A stretch of DNA of 37,801 bases from Squatina squatina (lineage: Eukaryota), in contig JARFOE010000176.1 of NCBI GenBank assembly GCA_031763465.1, positions 14,250,451 to 14,288,251 of the forward strand, read 5' to 3'. The stretch's first letter is position 1. Every line of letters begins with the position of its first letter. Below the pieces are notes generated by a model. That model did no database searches and was not told the origin of the DNA. It saw nothing but the letters and a program-made list of their open reading frames with translations. The translations under genes were made by a program, and so were the position numbers. This document shows positions 35,028 through 37,801 of this stretch, in pieces.

Positions 35028-36037
35028 CTTTGGAAAAGAAAAAGCAAGACTAACCTTCACATTTCGAATGAGATGACCAATTAAAGTAGGCATTTTTCCC
35101 CTTTTAAAAAAAAGAAATTCATTACCCAACTCCTTCAAAAAAAATCAAAATGGATCAACTGCATTCATAATTCCAGACAATGGGGCAGTCCATGTCTGCA
35201 TGCAATAGATCTGTAACAAAAATCAATCCAGTAAAACAGGAGTCCAGCCACACTCCGTGCTGGTGTGGAACATGAATACCAGCATAGACTGGCTGTGCTG
35301 AACGGCTCGTTTCTGTGCTGAACATTCAATATAATTACAAATGCTAATGGAGTCCAAGTTAGCAGCAAGAAAATAACAGCACAGCTGCTGTTGCTGCCAC
35401 TCTCTGTTCCATCACAACCGTTTGGCCAACATTTACAAAATTAGACTTCAAATAAAGTGAAGAACTCTTTCATATGCACCAGTAGACAGAACTCCACCAC
35501 GCCCCACCTTCACGGATGCACACAAGTACTACCAAATCCACTGTTGATCTGCACATAAATGGGTTTGCAGTTTGTCAGCTCTCCCCAGCCCCCCATTCCA
35601 TTTAGCTTATTTCAGCACTGTCCGATAGAAATTACTGACCAGCCATTGGCTGCGGGGACACCACTTTAGCCATTGTGTTAATTTTAGTAGAAAAATGGCT
35701 TACATGCACTCCTGTGTCTATTTACTTAACAAATATCTACTGCCATTCAGTAACCAAGGAAGTAAAGCACTCACAATGATCAAAAACACTTGTAGAGTCG
35801 GTTTTTCATCTTACTATTTTATTGACAAACGNNNNNNNNNNNNNNNNNNNNNNNNNNNNNNNNNNNNNNNNNNNNNNNNNNNNNNNNNNNNNNNNNNNNN
35901 NNNNNNNNNNNNNNNNNNNNNNNNNNNNNNNTCAAAAGCAAGCATTTCAGCTTTCCTCCTCATTTATTCTTCTGCCACCTGCAATAAAATCACTAGCAGC
36001 AAAGATGAAGATGGGTTACTGGTGTTCTGCTCTTTAC

Positions 36038-36238
36038 CTTTAGTTTAACTTGGCTGTGATACAAATGGTCCATATCACTACTGGACTTCAGATGTTGTGT
36101 TTCCATATCTTCTAGTGCACGGAGGCCTTTGCGATGAAGCTGAAGCAGATCGTACATGCAATTTAGAATGGCCTCCACATTCAGTACATTCTGTGCCTCC
36201 TCGGTATAAAAAGATGGAAAACCCAATGTAGTGAGCTC
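36038..36238 (-). CDS. SSX2IP: N-terminal-region exon of ADIP
   Basis: tttcag|ELTTLGFPSFYTEEAQNVLNVEAILNCMYDLLQLHRKGLRALEDMETQHLKSSSDMDHLYHSQVKLK|gtaaag; similar to recalled SSX2IP ELTTFGFPSL..VLNCM..SDMDHL. Confidence 0.9.
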
Positions 36239-37687
36239 CTGAAATAAATGAAAATGTTTTTTTAAAAAGCTACAGTACAGTAAATTTAGGAAAAGATACA
36301 TTTCAAGACTACTTATGTCTATGATAGAAAAGAAACATTGTAAATCAAATTAAACACAAAATGCACAGGTCAATTAACCACATTCCAGACAAGGCTACAT
36401 AATGCACCAATCTATACAAATTCTCAACTCCAGCAACTTCTAAAATAGAAGCACGTCATGGTTGAAGAAAAAAACTCAACTAAGAAAACAGAACTCTCCA
36501 TTTACCCCTTCTATTAAAAAAAGCAACAGAACTGGATTCAATACCGCCCCCCGCCAGTCTTCAAATGTCCAGGAAGTGCCTGAGTAACGTACATCCTCTA
36601 CTCAAAGTGGAAATCACAAGATATTTTCTCTTTAAATAACATACAAAATGGGAGTTAGCTCAATACCGCTTGCAGAGGGGTAGAGAAAGCACCAAAATGT
36701 TTACATCCCCTGNNNNNNNNNNNNNNNNNNNNNNNNNNNNNNNNNNNNNNNNNNNNNNNNNNNNNNNNNNNNNNNNNNNNNNNNNNNNNNNNNNNNNNNN
36801 NNNNNNNNNNNNACACAGATGGGCTCAGTGATGACTTATGGATTCCTACAGATCAAGAAAGCTTAAATCTTATCTCAATTAACATTTCACACTCTCAAAA
36901 TAACAGTAACTTCAGCACAGGGACAGCAGAGGTTCAAGAAGGCGGCTCATCACCACCTTCTCAAGGGCAATTAGGGATGGGCAATAAATGCTGGTTTTGC
37001 GCATGAACAAATATTGAAAAAAATTAGCAACTGAGTTCAGTCCTGATCAAATTCACAATGATCTCTGGTCCAGAACATAAAAGCGCCCCTAATACACTTA
37101 TGAATAAATTGGCGATCTCACTCAGAAATGGCCACAGCAGTGTTGAGTTGGGAAATGGAAAAAAATATCGACATGGTGCAGCTGGGGCACTCTTCTGAGG
37201 TCGGGGCAGGGTAGATGAGATTCACTCTGCATCTAATTGTTTTGTGTGTTTGGGAGTGCTTGATGCTGGCATTGGATACAAGAATAGAAAGTGTTCCATT
37301 CTCCACGACTAACATCCCATCACCTCGATGAGTGCAAAAATCCACCCCAAAAATATAAGCCACTCCTTAGAGCTAAAATGTTTCCACAATCTGACTAGTC
37401 AACAACAGTAAAGTGACAACAGTGACACCACCAATAACAACACTGCATCACAACAGTGAATTCAGATGCACAACACCTAAGTGACATGCCTGAAATAGAC
37501 CGTGGCATTAGAATAACTTTGAGCTTCAGATGTAATCCCTTGACGAAGGTCATCAGCAACTTCCTTTGGTAACATGCCTGGTGACATATGCAATAGTAAA
37601 TACAGTCAATAAGGTTTCACGCACCACGCACTGTGACCGTTCACTCAGAATAATGATGTGGATTGAATGCAAACGGGGATATCTTAC

Positions 37688-37781
37688 TGTATAAGAGACA
37701 ATCCGTCTTTTGCTTTTCCTGGAGGAGATCTTGAGTCCTTTCAGCCACAATAACTTCCAAGTGCTTGCTGTATTTTTCCAT
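37688..37781 (-). CDS. Exon of a receptor/membrane guanylyl cyclase (signalling-helix coiled coil)
   Basis: ctgtag|MEKYSKHLEVIVAERTQDLLQEKQKTDCLLY(S)|gtaaga, 94 nt; matches the MExY..LE..V.ERT..L..EK.KTD.LLY.MLP dimerisation helix of NPR/GUCY2-type cyclases. This frame is not in the ORF track. Confidence 0.85.
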
Positions 37782-37801
37782 CTACAGGTAAACAAAGGAA
37801 G

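Noticed and set aside
37118-37363. 81-aa ORF downstream of the guanylyl cyclase exon
   Set aside because: Lacks the expected MLP..FSDIVGFT cyclase motifs and convincing splice sites.
1-37801. Prokaryote-type systems (CRISPR arrays, operons, retrons) and ORFs spanning N runs
   Set aside because: The window is intron-rich vertebrate DNA with no repeat-spacer array; the RT fragments are decayed LINEs; X-containing ORFs are gap artefacts.

Overview
This is vertebrate genomic DNA, most likely from a cartilaginous fish (shark), judging by its DeuSINE-type SINEs, CR1/HER1-like LINEs and protein similarities. It comes from a gappy scaffold with many fixed 100-N gaps. From left to right it holds: (1) the last coding exon and long 3' UTR of PKA catalytic subunit beta (PRKACB, +); (2) a repeat-rich spacer; (3) a near-complete vitellogenin gene on the minus strand (ATG at 29093; 35 phase-compatible exons traced by hand to 10866, about 1709 codons; canonical last exon not found), with a TATA box and two near-perfect estrogen response elements upstream; (4) a lone, intact exon 4 of a second vitellogenin paralog on the opposite strand between two gaps; (5) two exons of SSX2IP/ADIP (-); (6) one signalling-helix exon of a receptor-type guanylyl cyclase (-). 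This is the known PRKACB-vtg-SSX2IP vitellogenin cluster region. I found no new biological system. The most interesting items are the inverted vtg paralog exon, the ERE pair, an intragenic ERE/AP-1 cluster, the short split phosvitin with a possible microexon, and the unexpected guanylyl cyclase exon. All gene identifications come from recalled protein sequences, not database searches.
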